Notes: generated by a model from the sequence alone, not told the origin. DNA of 64,000 bases from Thermodesulfobacteriota bacterium (GCA_049322415.1 JBMORI010000039.1:8210-72209); one strand, 5' to 3'; counted from the stretch's first letter, positions 17,478 to 26,766 are shown. Made by a program: numbers and translations.

Positions 17478-19202
17478 TCAGAACAAGGAATCCTTCCCGT
17501 CCAGAAGCCCGGCCATGACGGAGGGGTCCGCCAGGCCGGAGACGTCTCCCATGCGCCCCTCGGCGGCGCCCTTGAGGGCGTGGCGGGCGATCTTGCCCGA
17601 GCGGGTCTTGGGCAGCTCCGCCACCACGCGTACCGCGAGGGGAAACTCGCTTCCTTCCACGGCCTTGCGCACGGCGTGGGCCAGGTCGTCCTCCATGCCG
17701 TAGGGCTCGGCGGCCTCGGCGCGCAGGGTGGCGTAGACCACCACGCCGTCGCCGGAAGCCACCGCCGCGGCCTCGGCCACGTCGGGATGCGCGGCCACGG
17801 CCGCCTCCACGGCGGAGAGAGGCAGGTCGCTGGCGGCCAGCTCGGAGCGGCCCTGGATGACGAACTTGCCGTCAGGCTCCGCGCGCGCCAGGTCGCCGGT
17901 GTCGTAAACCTCGCCCAGGTCCAGGCATCCCTCCACAAGTGAGACGGCCATGCCGGGCCAGGGGCTGGTGAGCCTTAGCCTGCCGTCCTGGCCCGTGGCG
18001 GCGTCCACGCCCGGCAGGGGGGAGAGTCCGCCCTCGCTGCCGGAAATCATGAGCACGCCGCCGGTCTCGGTCTGGCCCCACGCGTCCACCACTGGCGCGC
18101 GTCCCTTGCACACGGCGCGGGCAAGCCAGCGCCGGTTTTCCGGGGTGAGCTTCTCGCCCACGCTCACGATGAGCTTGAGCGCCGGGAGGTCGCGCCCGGC
18201 GGGCCATGCCTCGCCTTCGCGCATGAGCTGGCCGGTGAGCGCGGGGGTGGTGATGAGCGTCGCCGCCTGATGCTTCTGGGCGATGCGCCAGATGCGGTCG
18301 GGCTTGGGGTATCCGGGCGAGCCCTCGTAGAGGAGGGTCGTGGCCCCGAGGCAGAGCGGAGCGTAGACGGCGTAGGCGTGGCTCATGATCCAGCCGGGTT
18401 CGGCCTGGCACCACATGGTCATGCCCGGACCGGCTCCGAACGCCTGCCTGGCCGAATAGGCGCAGGCCGTGAGGAAGCCGCCCGCCGAATGCACGACGCC
18501 CTTGGGATGCCCGGACGAGCCGGACGTGTACAGGATGAAGAGAGGGTCGGACGCGCCGTGCACCGCCGCCGGGAGGCATGGCGGGTTGGCGTGGGAGTCC
18601 ATGACCTCGTGCCACCACAGGTCGCCGGGACGGGTGTCCGCCAGGGGCTGGCCAGTGCGGCGCACCACGAGGCGGCGCGGCCCGGCCTGGGGCTGGCTCA
18701 CGGCCACTGGGCGGCCGGACTTGAAGAATCCGTCGGCCGTGACGAAGAGCACGGCCTTGCAGGCCGCCAGCCGCACCGAGACCACCTCCGGAGAGAGCCC
18801 GGCCGGAAAGACCAGGTGCACCGCGCCGAGCCTGGCCAGGGCCAGCATGGCGATCACGAGCTCCGGCAGCGCGGGCAGCGAGAGGCCCACCACGTCCCCC
18901 TTGGAGACGCCCAACCCCGCGAGCACCACGCAGGCGCGGCCGACATCGGCCTTGAGCCTGCCGTAGGTGTAGACCACGGCCTCGTCCTCGGGCTCGCCCT
19001 GCCAGATGAGGGCGGGCACGTCGGCGCGTCCGGCGGCCACGTGCCGGTCCAGGCAGTTGGCGCTCACGTCGAGGCTGGCGCCCTTAAACCATCCGGCGGG
19101 GTCGCCCAGCGACTCCGGCGCGGCCTTGGTCCATGGAGATCTCCAGGCGATGAGCTCCCTGGCGCGTTCGTCCCAGAAACGGTCGCGGTCGAAGGCGTTC
19201 AT
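17478..19202 (-). CDS. Acetyl-CoA synthetase-like AMP-forming acyl-CoA ligase
   Basis: Track ORF trimmed to MNAFDRDRFWDE..., which follows an AAGGAG Shine-Dalgarno. It has an Acs-like N-terminus (SANCLDRHV), the AMP-binding motif YTSGSSGHPKGVVHS, and a C-terminal PKTRSGKI motif. Confidence 0.85.
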   Translation of the reverse strand: MNAFDRDRFWDERARELIAWRSPWTKAAPESLGDPAGWFKGASLDVSANCLDRHVAAGRADVPALIWQGEPEDEAVVYTYGRLKADVGRACVVLAGLGVSKGDVVGLSLPALPELVIAMLALARLGAVHLVFPAGLSPEVVSVRLAACKAVLFVTADGFFKSGRPVAVSQPQAGPRRLVVRRTGQPLADTRPGDLWWHEVMDSHANPPCLPAAVHGASDPLFILYTSGSSGHPKGVVHSAGGFLTACAYSARQAFGAGPGMTMWCQAEPGWIMSHAYAVYAPLCLGATTLLYEGSPGYPKPDRIWRIAQKHQAATLITTPALTGQLMREGEAWPAGRDLPALKLIVSVGEKLTPENRRWLARAVCKGRAPVVDAWGQTETGGVLMISGSEGGLSPLPGVDAATGQDGRLRLTSPWPGMAVSLVEGCLDLGEVYDTGDLARAEPDGKFVIQGRSELAASDLPLSAVEAAVAAHPDVAEAAAVASGDGVVVYATLRAEAAEPYGMEDDLAHAVRKAVEGSEFPLAVRVVAELPKTRSGKIARHALKGAAEGRMGDVSGLADPSVMAGLLDGKDSLF

Positions 19203-19315
19203 GACACTCCTTGGGGGTCTTGAAAAATGTGGCTTGCCGTATCGTGTCCGGCCTACTATTGTAGCAACGTCATCAACAATATCCCAACCATGAGATATCA
19301 ACAAGCGGCTTACTC

Positions 19316-22003
19316 ATGAGCGTCGCCAACCTGGACGGGCTGTTCAAGCCGAACTCCGTGGCCGTGATCGGGGCCACCAACGAACCCGGACACGTGGGCC
19401 GCGTGGTCATGGAGAACCTGCTCGCGGGCAAGTTCCTGGGGCCGGTCATGCCGCTCTCCACCACCGAGGACGAGGTGCTCGGCGTCCAGGCGTACAAGGG
19501 CGTGGACACGCTCCCCCTGACGCCTGACCTGGCCATCCTGTGCATCCCGCCCGAGGAGGCCCCGGAGTACATCGCCCGCCTGGGACGGCGCGGAGTCAAG
19601 GCCGCCGTGGCCCTTTGCCCGGGCTACGCCAGGCTGACTCCCGCCGACAAATGGGAGGTGCAGGAGAAGCTGCTGGCCGCCGCCGAGGACGAGGACATCC
19701 GCATCCTCGGCCCCTCTGGCCTGGGGCTCATCATCCCCCCCATCGGCCTGAACGCCAGCCTGGTCGCCGCCGATCCGCCCAAGGGACGCATCGCCTTCGT
19801 GTCCCAGTCCGCCTCGCTGTTCACGGGCGTCCTTGACTGGGCCAGGGGGCACGGCATCGGGTTCTCCTACGTGGTCTCGCTTGGCGACAGGCTGGACCTC
19901 AAATACCACGACCTTTTCGACTACCTTTCCCAGGACCCCAACACGCGCTCCATCCTGCTCTACCTGGAGAGCGTCTCCGACGCCCGCAAGTTCATGAGCG
20001 CCGCCCGCGCCGCCGCCCGCAACAAGCCCGTGCTGGTGGTCAAGCCAGGCCGCAGGCGCGGACCCGGGGGCGAATCCCTGGCCAAGCCAGGACAGGGGCT
20101 CGACGAGGTCTACCACGAGGCCTTCCGCCGCGCGGGCATGCTTCGCGTGTTCGAGATCGACGCCCTGTTCGACGCCGCCCAGACCCTGGCCCGTTCCCAG
20201 CAGCTGCGCGGCAACCGGCTGGCCATCCTCACCAACGGCGGCTCCATCGGCGTCATGAGCGCCGACACCCTTATCGAGAGGGGCGGGCAGCTTTCGGGCT
20301 TCTCCGAGGAAACCTCCCGCTCCCTGCGCGAGCTCCTCGGGCCGAACTGGCTGCGCGACGGCATCGTGGACATGGGCCTCACCGCCACGCCCGACCACTA
20401 CCGCGAGGCCTTGACCGCCCTTCTCAAGGACAAGGAACCCCACGCCGTCCTGGTCATGCACGTGCCCTTCGCGGCCGTGCAGGGAGAGGACGCGGCCAGG
20501 GAGGTGGTCAAGGCCTGCTCCAAGAGCCAGCGCCCCGTGTTCACCTGCTGGCTTGGCCACGGCGTCGCCGAACCGGCGCGCGCCCTGTTCAGCCAGGCGG
20601 GCATTCCCACCTACGCCACCCCGGACACGGCGGTGCGGGCCTTCATGGACATGGCCAACCACCGGCGCACCCAGGAGCTGCTCCTGGAGATGCCCGCCAG
20701 CATCCCGGCGGGCTTCACGCCGGACCAGGACGCGGCCCTGGGCGTGGTGGAGGCCGTGCTGGAGGAGGGGCGCTCGGAGCTCAACGAGCCCGAAGCCAAG
20801 GTGGTGCTGGCCGCCTACGGCGTGCCGGTCATCCACTCGCGCCTCGTGACCACCACCCAGGAGGTCCTGGAGGCCGCCGGGGAGCTCGGCTACCCCGTGG
20901 CCCTCAAGGTGGTGTCGCCGCAGATTCCCCAGCCCTTCGACGTGGGCGGCGTTGTCCTGGACATCGAGGACCCCGAGGAGCTCAGGCAGGCGGCCCAGGC
21001 CATCAAGGCCAGGGCCAGGAAGCTGGAGCTCGGGGCGCACATCAGCGGATTCATCGTTCAGAAGATGGGCCGCAGGGGCGCGCAGGAGCTGCTCCTCCAG
21101 GCCCAGGTGGACCCTGTGTTCGGCCCCTACCTGCGCTTCGGCCAGGGCGGCATGGCCGCCAAGCTCTCGCGAGACAAGGCCATCGCCCTGCCGCCGCTCA
21201 ACATGAGCCTGGCCCGCGACCTCATCAACCGCACCCGCGTCTCGGCGTTCCTGCGCGGTCTCGGGGGCAGGGCAGCCGCCGACATAGACGCAATCTGCCT
21301 GACCATCATCCAGGTGGCGCAGCTGCTCATCGACGTGCCGCAGATCCAGGAGATAGACATCAACCCCCTCTTCGCGGACAGCCAGGGCGTGGCCGTGCTC
21401 GGGGCGCGCATCAGGGTGGCGGAGGTGATGACCGCCGGACAGGACAGGCTGGCCATCCGGCCCTACCCCAAGGAGCTGGAGGAGTGCGCCGTGCTCAAAA
21501 ACGGCAGGCGCGTGCTCATCCGTCCCATCCGGCCCGAAGACGAACCGGCCCACTACGAGTTCTTCAAGCGCCTCTCCCCGGAGGACCTGCGCTACCGCTT
21601 CTTCGGCGTGGTGCGCGAGCTCTCCCACATGGAGATGACCCGGCTCACCCAGATAGACTACGAGCGCGAGATGGCATTCATCGCCACCGCGCCCGGCGAG
21701 GACGGCGTGAACGAGACCCTGGGCGTGGTGCGGGCCTCCACCAAACCCGACAACTCCGTGGCGGAGTTCGCCATCATCGTGCGCTCCGACCAGAAGGGCC
21801 TGGGCCTGGGGCGCATGCTCATGGAGAAGATCATCCGCTACTGCCGCGACCGCGGCACCGGGGCCATCAGCGGGCAGGCACTCCTGGACAACAAGGGCAT
21901 GCAGGGCCTTGCCGAGAAGGTCGGCTTCGAGGTGTGGCGCAACACCGACGACGAAGTGGCCGAGATGCACCTGGACCTCAAACAACCGGCGGGCGTCCGG
22001 TAG
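19316..22003 (+). CDS. pat: Pat/YfiQ-type protein lysine acetyltransferase (CoA-binding plus ADP-forming acyl-CoA synthetase-like domains plus a C-terminal GNAT)
   Basis: 895 aa. The N-terminus reads LFKPNSVAVIGATNEPGHVG (CoA-binding). The central part is ATP-grasp-like. The C-terminal GNAT region reads VRSDQKGLGLGRMLMEKIIRYCRDRGT...NKGMQGLAEKVGF. Confidence 0.8.
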   Translation: MSVANLDGLFKPNSVAVIGATNEPGHVGRVVMENLLAGKFLGPVMPLSTTEDEVLGVQAYKGVDTLPLTPDLAILCIPPEEAPEYIARLGRRGVKAAVALCPGYARLTPADKWEVQEKLLAAAEDEDIRILGPSGLGLIIPPIGLNASLVAADPPKGRIAFVSQSASLFTGVLDWARGHGIGFSYVVSLGDRLDLKYHDLFDYLSQDPNTRSILLYLESVSDARKFMSAARAAARNKPVLVVKPGRRRGPGGESLAKPGQGLDEVYHEAFRRAGMLRVFEIDALFDAAQTLARSQQLRGNRLAILTNGGSIGVMSADTLIERGGQLSGFSEETSRSLRELLGPNWLRDGIVDMGLTATPDHYREALTALLKDKEPHAVLVMHVPFAAVQGEDAAREVVKACSKSQRPVFTCWLGHGVAEPARALFSQAGIPTYATPDTAVRAFMDMANHRRTQELLLEMPASIPAGFTPDQDAALGVVEAVLEEGRSELNEPEAKVVLAAYGVPVIHSRLVTTTQEVLEAAGELGYPVALKVVSPQIPQPFDVGGVVLDIEDPEELRQAAQAIKARARKLELGAHISGFIVQKMGRRGAQELLLQAQVDPVFGPYLRFGQGGMAAKLSRDKAIALPPLNMSLARDLINRTRVSAFLRGLGGRAAADIDAICLTIIQVAQLLIDVPQIQEIDINPLFADSQGVAVLGARIRVAEVMTAGQDRLAIRPYPKELEECAVLKNGRRVLIRPIRPEDEPAHYEFFKRLSPEDLRYRFFGVVRELSHMEMTRLTQIDYEREMAFIATAPGEDGVNETLGVVRASTKPDNSVAEFAIIVRSDQKGLGLGRMLMEKIIRYCRDRGTGAISGQALLDNKGMQGLAEKVGFEVWRNTDDEVAEMHLDLKQPAGVR

Positions 22004-22184
22004 GCGACGGTCATTTTTTCTCTTTGGAACAGCGGTTTGCCGCTTCCAAGGCCGCGATGCATGCGACCGCGTCGCTGCCGCGCGGAGCCGCGTTCATGTC
22101 CACTCGTCCGCGAAGCCGAAGAGGGCCAAGTGGACATTGTCCCTTTGGCCGCCGACGGCTTCTTTCTCCGCGTACCCCTATGCC

Positions 22185-22844
22185 TTAATCCTTCTTATCC
22201 TGCTCCTCCGGCTGGCAGATGCCCACCCGGTCCCTGGCCATCCAGGCCAGCGCGCCCGTGGAGGCCTTCTCCGAGTATTCCATCATGACGGTGGTGTCGC
22301 CCGCGCCGTCGAAGCGCCAGGAGCGGTCGCCCTGCAGGTTGGGCTGCGATGAGAGGGGCGTGCCGTGGGCGTCGGCCAGCTTGCCCAGCAGGGCCATGTG
22401 GTTGACCGCGCCGTCGTAGCGGGTGAGCGCTCCGGCCAGCTTGCCCTTGCAGTAGACGTAGACGACCTCGCGCATGCGGACTCCGAGCACTTCAGGGTCG
22501 TCGCCCGCAACGGTGTAGTACTGGAGGCCGCCGGATTCCTCGCGGAGATCCGGTTCGATCAGGGCCGAGAGGGGGGAGCCCCAGGCCAGGCCCCTGAAGC
22601 CGCCGTCCGAAAGCTTGGGCGCGCTTTTCTTCTTTGAGGAGGTATTCTTTTCCGCGGAGGGTTTCTTGTCCTTGCCGGATGTCTTCTTTTTGGCGGAAGA
22701 GCCGCTTTTGGCCTTGGAGTCCTTCTTGGATTTGGTCTTGGTTTGCTCCGGGTTCTTCTTGGCGTCCTGGGCGTTGGCCTGGACGGCGGGCATGGACAGC
22801 GCGAGGCATAGCCCCACGCAAAGGATGCGGATGAGCGCTTTCAT
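22185..22844 (-). CDS. Secreted protein with a Lys/Ser-rich low-complexity linker, function unknown
   Basis: 219 aa. It has a signal peptide (CLALSMPAVQANA), a linker of about 55 aa rich in K/S/T, and a globular domain of about 135 aa. Confidence 0.6.
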   Translation of the reverse strand: MKALIRILCVGLCLALSMPAVQANAQDAKKNPEQTKTKSKKDSKAKSGSSAKKKTSGKDKKPSAEKNTSSKKKSAPKLSDGGFRGLAWGSPLSALIEPDLREESGGLQYYTVAGDDPEVLGVRMREVVYVYCKGKLAGALTRYDGAVNHMALLGKLADAHGTPLSSQPNLQGDRSWRFDGAGDTTVMMEYSEKASTGALAWMARDRVGICQPEEQDKKD

Positions 22845-22854
22845 GCGTCAGCGA

Positions 22855-22890
22855 TAAAGAAAGCCCGGCCCCGCATCAAGCGGTCCGGGC
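22855..22890 (-). terminator. Putative intrinsic terminator after flaG
   Basis: On the minus strand the sequence reads gcccggaccgc-ttgat-gcggggccgggc (one bulge), followed by tttcttta. Confidence 0.45.
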
Positions 22891-22921
22891 ATGAAAAATC
22901 GGTCATGCTTCGGCCCTCCGC

Positions 22922-23308
22922 TCAGACTGACTTGTCCAGGACCCCCTTGGCCATCTTCTTCAGGTTGTCCGAGAGGGTGACGATCTCGTCCTCCGGTATC
23001 TTGCGGATGACCTTGTGGCTCTGGGCGTCCACCACCTCCACCTGGAGCTTCTTGGAGTCGTCGAGCAGCCGGAAGTTGAGGTCCACTCCCTTCTTGTTGA
23101 AGTACTCCTGGGCCTTTCTGAGAATCTGCTCGGCGTCCTTTCGGCCGAGTTGGCCGCCCTCGTCGCCGTATTCCCCATCTCCGGCCTTCTCCTGCTCCCG
23201 CGCGGGCCGCACCTGTTCGTCCCGTTGGGCGACGGCTCGGACGGCGCGCTCGGCATCCACTGCCTGCGCCACCGCTTCCTTCGGCAATTCGGCGTTTTGT
23301 ATGTTCAT
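22922..23308 (-). CDS. flaG: Flagellar protein FlaG
   Basis: Track ORF trimmed to MNIQNAELPKEAV..., which follows a GGGAGGGG Shine-Dalgarno. The C-terminus (LNFRLLDDSKKLQVEVVDAQSHKVIRKIPEDEIVTL) has the FlaG-family pattern. Confidence 0.8.
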   Translation of the reverse strand: MNIQNAELPKEAVAQAVDAERAVRAVAQRDEQVRPAREQEKAGDGEYGDEGGQLGRKDAEQILRKAQEYFNKKGVDLNFRLLDDSKKLQVEVVDAQSHKVIRKIPEDEIVTLSDNLKKMAKGVLDKSV

Positions 23309-23361
23309 GGTCCACCCCTCCCTGGATGAAGCCTGAGGATGTTGTGCTTTCGTCACAGCTC

Positions 23362-23389
23362 TTATCGGAATTTAAGAGGCGGACTTTAG
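23362..23389 (-). promoter_or_regulatory. Sigma-28 (FliA)-type promoter for flaG
   Basis: The minus strand reads cTAAAg-N15-tCCGATAA. The consensus is TAAA-N15-GCCGATAA. The element lies about 54 nt upstream of the flaG ATG. Confidence 0.6.
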
Positions 23390-23537
23390 GGGGGCGCGCA
23401 ATCCCTTGCAGGGTTGCCCACCACCGCTGGCGCCTGTCCGTGCTTTCGGGGCCCCGGCGGAGGCTTTTCGCGCCACCAGCTCCCGGTGCTCTCGCCCCCC
23501 CATTTTCCATCCGCGCCGATTGTGTTACCCACTCCCC

Positions 23538-24239
23538 ATGCTGACCCGGGAACAAGCCGCCTCCAACCTCCAGCGCGTGCGCGAGCGCATCGCGAACGCC
23601 TGCCTCAAGGCCGGGCGGGACCCCGCCTCGGTCACGCTGGTGGCCGTCTCCAAGACCCATCCTGCCCAGGCCGTGGCCGCCATGGCCGCCGCCGGGCAGG
23701 CGATCTTCGGCGAATCCTACGCGCAGGAGGCCGTCCCGAAACAGGACGAACTGGCGCGCCTCAAGCTGCGCTGGCACTTCATAGGACGCCTCCAGAAGAA
23801 CAAGGCCAAATACGTGGCCGGGCGCTTCGAGCTGATCCACTCCGTTGATTCGCTTGAGTTGGCCCGTATGTTGCATAAAAAATCGGACTTCCTGGGGATT
23901 GTCCAGCCGGTGCTTGTGCAGGTCAACCTTGCCTGCGAGAGCCAGAAGGCCGGTTGCTCCCTGGATGCGGCCATGCCTCTGGCCGAGGCCGCGGCGGAAC
24001 TGTCCGGCCTCGAACTGAGGGGGATCATGCTGATGCCCCCCTGGGACGAGGACCCCGAGGCCAACCGGGGGCTCTTCGCCCGGGCGCGCGAGCTTCGCGG
24101 GCGGCTGTCCGCCCGTCTCGGCCTGCCCATGCCGGAGCTGTCCATGGGCATGTCCCACGACCTGGAGCAGGCCGTGGAGGAGGGGGCCACCCTGGTGCGC
24201 GTGGGCACGGATTTGTTCGGGGCCAGGGAAGCCTTATAA
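23538..24239 (+). CDS. yggS: YggS-family pyridoxal-phosphate homeostasis protein
   Basis: Track ORF trimmed to MLTREQAASNLQRVRERI.... The motif LVAVSKTHP contains the PLP lysine. FGESYAQE, WHFIGRLQKNK and SMGMSHDLEQAVEEGATLVRVGT are also present. Confidence 0.9.
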   Translation: MLTREQAASNLQRVRERIANACLKAGRDPASVTLVAVSKTHPAQAVAAMAAAGQAIFGESYAQEAVPKQDELARLKLRWHFIGRLQKNKAKYVAGRFELIHSVDSLELARMLHKKSDFLGIVQPVLVQVNLACESQKAGCSLDAAMPLAEAAAELSGLELRGIMLMPPWDEDPEANRGLFARARELRGRLSARLGLPMPELSMGMSHDLEQAVEEGATLVRVGTDLFGAREAL

Positions 24240-24257
24240 TCACGCAAGGAGCAGCAG

Positions 24258-24839
24258 ATGGCCAAGATCGAGGAAGACGCCGGGGAAGGCGCGCCCAAGA
24301 AAAAGAAAAGCAAGCTTCTGCTCATCATCATTCTTCTGGTGATCCTCGGAGCGCTGGGCGGGGGCGGCTATTACGCCTGGATGAAGTTCTTCAAGGCCCC
24401 GCCCCCCGAGACGGCCGAGCAGGCCCCGGCCGAAGGCGAGAAAAAGCCCGAGGAGAAGAAGGACGCCAAAAAGGACGAGAAGAAGGAAGAAAAGAAAGAA
24501 GAGAAAAAGGATGATAAGAAGAAGGACGACAAGAACAAGCCCGTCACGTCCATCAACAACATCGTCACCAACCTGGCCGATGCGGGCGGCAAGCGTTACG
24601 TGCGCCTCTCCGTGGAGTTCGACTTCAAGGACGGCGACGTGGCCGCCGAGTTCGGCGAGAAATACCAGGCCCGCGTCAAGGACGCCATCCTGACGCTCTT
24701 GTGGTCCAAGACCAGCGAGGACCTCTCCAACGTGGACGGCATGCTGGCCTTCCGCACCGAACTGCAGGCGCGGGTCAACCAGATCATGGGCCCTGGCGCG
24801 GTGAAGCAGGTCTTCATAACGGACAGGGTCATCCAGTAG
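24258..24839 (+). CDS. fliL: Flagellar basal-body-associated protein FliL
   Basis: 193 aa. It has a single TM segment, a K/E-rich linker, and the FliL core NLADAGGKRYVRLSVEFDF...LRTELQARVNQIM. Confidence 0.85.
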   Translation: MAKIEEDAGEGAPKKKKSKLLLIIILLVILGALGGGGYYAWMKFFKAPPPETAEQAPAEGEKKPEEKKDAKKDEKKEEKKEEKKDDKKKDDKNKPVTSINNIVTNLADAGGKRYVRLSVEFDFKDGDVAAEFGEKYQARVKDAILTLLWSKTSEDLSNVDGMLAFRTELQARVNQIMGPGAVKQVFITDRVIQ

Positions 24840-24848
24840 GAACGAGCC

Positions 24849-25826
24849 ATGAGCAAGATCCTGAGCCAGGACGAGGTCGATACCCTACTCAGGGGCCTGA
24901 CCGGCGGCGAGATAGAGGCCGAGTCCGAAATCCTGGAGGACGATTCGGGCATAGTGCCCTTCGACCTCTCCAACCAGGACCGCATCATACGCGGCCGCAT
25001 GCCGGTCCTCGAGATCATCAACGACCGCTTCGCGCGCCTGGCCACCAACGCCATGGCCAACGCCATGCGCAAGCGCGTGGACGTGAACCCCATCTCCATC
25101 GACATGTCCAAGTTCGGCGACTTCATGCGGAGCCTGCCGGTGCCCACGTCCATCAACATCTTCAAGCTCGACCCGCTTCGCGGCAACGCCATCCTGGTGG
25201 TGGACTCGCGCCTCGTGTTCGCCCTGGTGGAGAACTTCTTCGGCGGCGCGGGAAGCCAGCCCAAGGTGGAGGGACGCGACTTCACCCCCATCGAGCAGGC
25301 CATCATCGCCAAGGTGGTGCGCTTGGCCCTGGCCAACCTGGAGGACGCCTGGCGGCCCGTGCACGAGGTGCACGTGGAGCTCATCCGCTCCGAGATAAAC
25401 CCGCAGTTCGCGGCCATCGTGCCGCCCTCGGACGTGGTGGTGGTTGTCACGTTCGAGGTGGAGCTGGAGAACGCCATAGGCTCCCTGATCGCCTGCCTGC
25501 CCTACGCCACCATCGAGCCCATCCGCTCCAAGCTGTACGCGTCCTTCCAGTCCGAGCGCCTGGAAGTGGACCACGCCTGGATAAGCCGCTTCAAGGAGCG
25601 CCTCATGGAGACGCCCGTGGAGGTGGTGGTGGAGTTCGGCAAGACCCAGCTCTCGGGCAGACAGCTGCTCTCCCTCAAGGAGGGTGACATCATCCTGCTG
25701 GACACGGACGTGGAGGACCTGCTCAAGGCCGAGGTGCAGGGCGTGAGGAAGTTCTGGGGCGTCCCGGGCAACGTGAAATCCAACAAAGCCTTCCAGGTGC
25801 TCCGGGAAGAGGAAACCCATTTCTAA
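24849..25826 (+). CDS. fliM: Flagellar motor switch protein FliM
   Basis: 325 aa. The N-terminus MSKILSQDEVDTLL is the CheY-P binding LSQxEIDxLL motif, followed by the FliM middle and SpoA domains. Confidence 0.9.
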   Translation: MSKILSQDEVDTLLRGLTGGEIEAESEILEDDSGIVPFDLSNQDRIIRGRMPVLEIINDRFARLATNAMANAMRKRVDVNPISIDMSKFGDFMRSLPVPTSINIFKLDPLRGNAILVVDSRLVFALVENFFGGAGSQPKVEGRDFTPIEQAIIAKVVRLALANLEDAWRPVHEVHVELIRSEINPQFAAIVPPSDVVVVVTFEVELENAIGSLIACLPYATIEPIRSKLYASFQSERLEVDHAWISRFKERLMETPVEVVVEFGKTQLSGRQLLSLKEGDIILLDTDVEDLLKAEVQGVRKFWGVPGNVKSNKAFQVLREEETHF

Positions 25827-25841
25827 GGGGAGGTGGCTTCG

Positions 25842-26387
25842 ATGGCCCCCGACGATGTCGATCAAGATCAATTGGCCGCCGAATGGGCGGCAGCCCTGGA
25901 AGAGGACAAGGGCGGCGGAGGGGTGGACCCCTTCGAGCAGGCCCTGGGAGCGGTGTCCGGCGGCGGCGACGACGCCCTGGCCGAGCAGTGGGCCGCGGCC
26001 CTGGCCGGCGAGGAGGAGACCGCCGTCAAGAAGGAGCGCGAGCAGGCCCAGCTCTCCGCCAAGAGCAGGGAGGCATCGTTCAAGGATTTGACGCAGGAGG
26101 CCAAGGCCCCCCGCGCCGAGACCGGACGCAGGGACCTGGACTTCATCCTGGACATCCCCCTGGACGTCTCCGCCGAGCTCGGGCGCACGAAGCTCCTCAT
26201 CAACGAGCTCCTGCAGCTGGGCCAGGGCTCGGTCATCGAGCTCAACAAGCTGGCCGGCGAGCCGCTCGAGATCTACGTCAACGGCAAGCTGGTGGCGCGC
26301 GGCGAGGCCGTGGTCATCAACGAGAAGTTCGGCGTGCGCCTCACCGACATCATAAGCCCCATCGAACGGGTGAAGCAACTTGGCTGA
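25842..26387 (+). CDS. fliN: Flagellar motor switch protein FliN with an acidic N-terminal extension
   Basis: ATG preceded by GGGGAGG. The C-terminal SpoA domain reads LDIPLDVSAELGRTKLLINELLQLGQGSVIELNKLAGEPLEIYVNGKLVARGEAVVINEKFGVRLTDI. Confidence 0.9.
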   Translation: MAPDDVDQDQLAAEWAAALEEDKGGGGVDPFEQALGAVSGGGDDALAEQWAAALAGEEETAVKKEREQAQLSAKSREASFKDLTQEAKAPRAETGRRDLDFILDIPLDVSAELGRTKLLINELLQLGQGSVIELNKLAGEPLEIYVNGKLVARGEAVVINEKFGVRLTDIISPIERVKQLG

Positions 26388-26766
26388 CGTCACCGGAACC
26401 ATCGTGCCGCCACCGCCGCAGGTTGGCATGGGAGGGGCCGCCATCCAGATGGCGGTGGCCCTGCTGCTGATACTGGCCGTCATTTTGCTGGCGTTCTGGA
26501 TGCTCCGGCGCTTCGGTCCCAAGTTCGGCCTCGGGCCTTCATCCAAGCCGCTCGGGCTGCGCGTGGAGGGCCACCTCACGCTCGGGCCCCGCAAGAACAT
26601 TATGGTGGTCCGCTTCTTGAATAGGCTGTTGGTGCTCGGGGTAACCGACCAGAGCATCAATCTCCTGACAGAGGTGGACGCATCCGATGAAACCAAGGAT
26701 TTCAAGACTGCTCTCGAAGACGCCGCCCGCCGCTCTGACGATCCTGGCGGCCCTGGCTCTCCCTGA
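26380..26766 (+). CDS. fliO: Flagellar biosynthesis protein FliO
   Basis: 128 aa. It has a single TM segment (AIQMAVALLLILAVILLAFWML) and the FliO core LGPRKNIMVVRFLNRLLVLGVTDQSINLL. The start is uncertain: TTG at 26380 or ATG at 26428. Confidence 0.7.
   Translation: MADVTGTIVPPPPQVGMGGAAIQMAVALLLILAVILLAFWMLRRFGPKFGLGPSSKPLGLRVEGHLTLGPRKNIMVVRFLNRLLVLGVTDQSINLLTEVDASDETKDFKTALEDAARRSDDPGGPGSP

Noticed and set aside
19310-21985. 891-aa ORF on the minus strand
   Set aside because: It is exactly antisense to the Pat-type acetyltransferase gene. Its product is a monotonous G/A/L/V/H/R-rich sequence with no motifs. This is a typical stop-codon-poor antisense frame of GC-rich coding DNA.
23440-23462. 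TGGCGC...GTGC upstream of yggS/fliL as a possible sigma-54 promoter
   Set aside because: The spacing is one nucleotide too long and the -12 element is GTGC rather than TTGC. The support is insufficient.
24885-26705. 606-aa ORF on the minus strand
   Set aside because: It is antisense to fliM, fliN and fliO, whose plus-strand products match the flagellar families convincingly.
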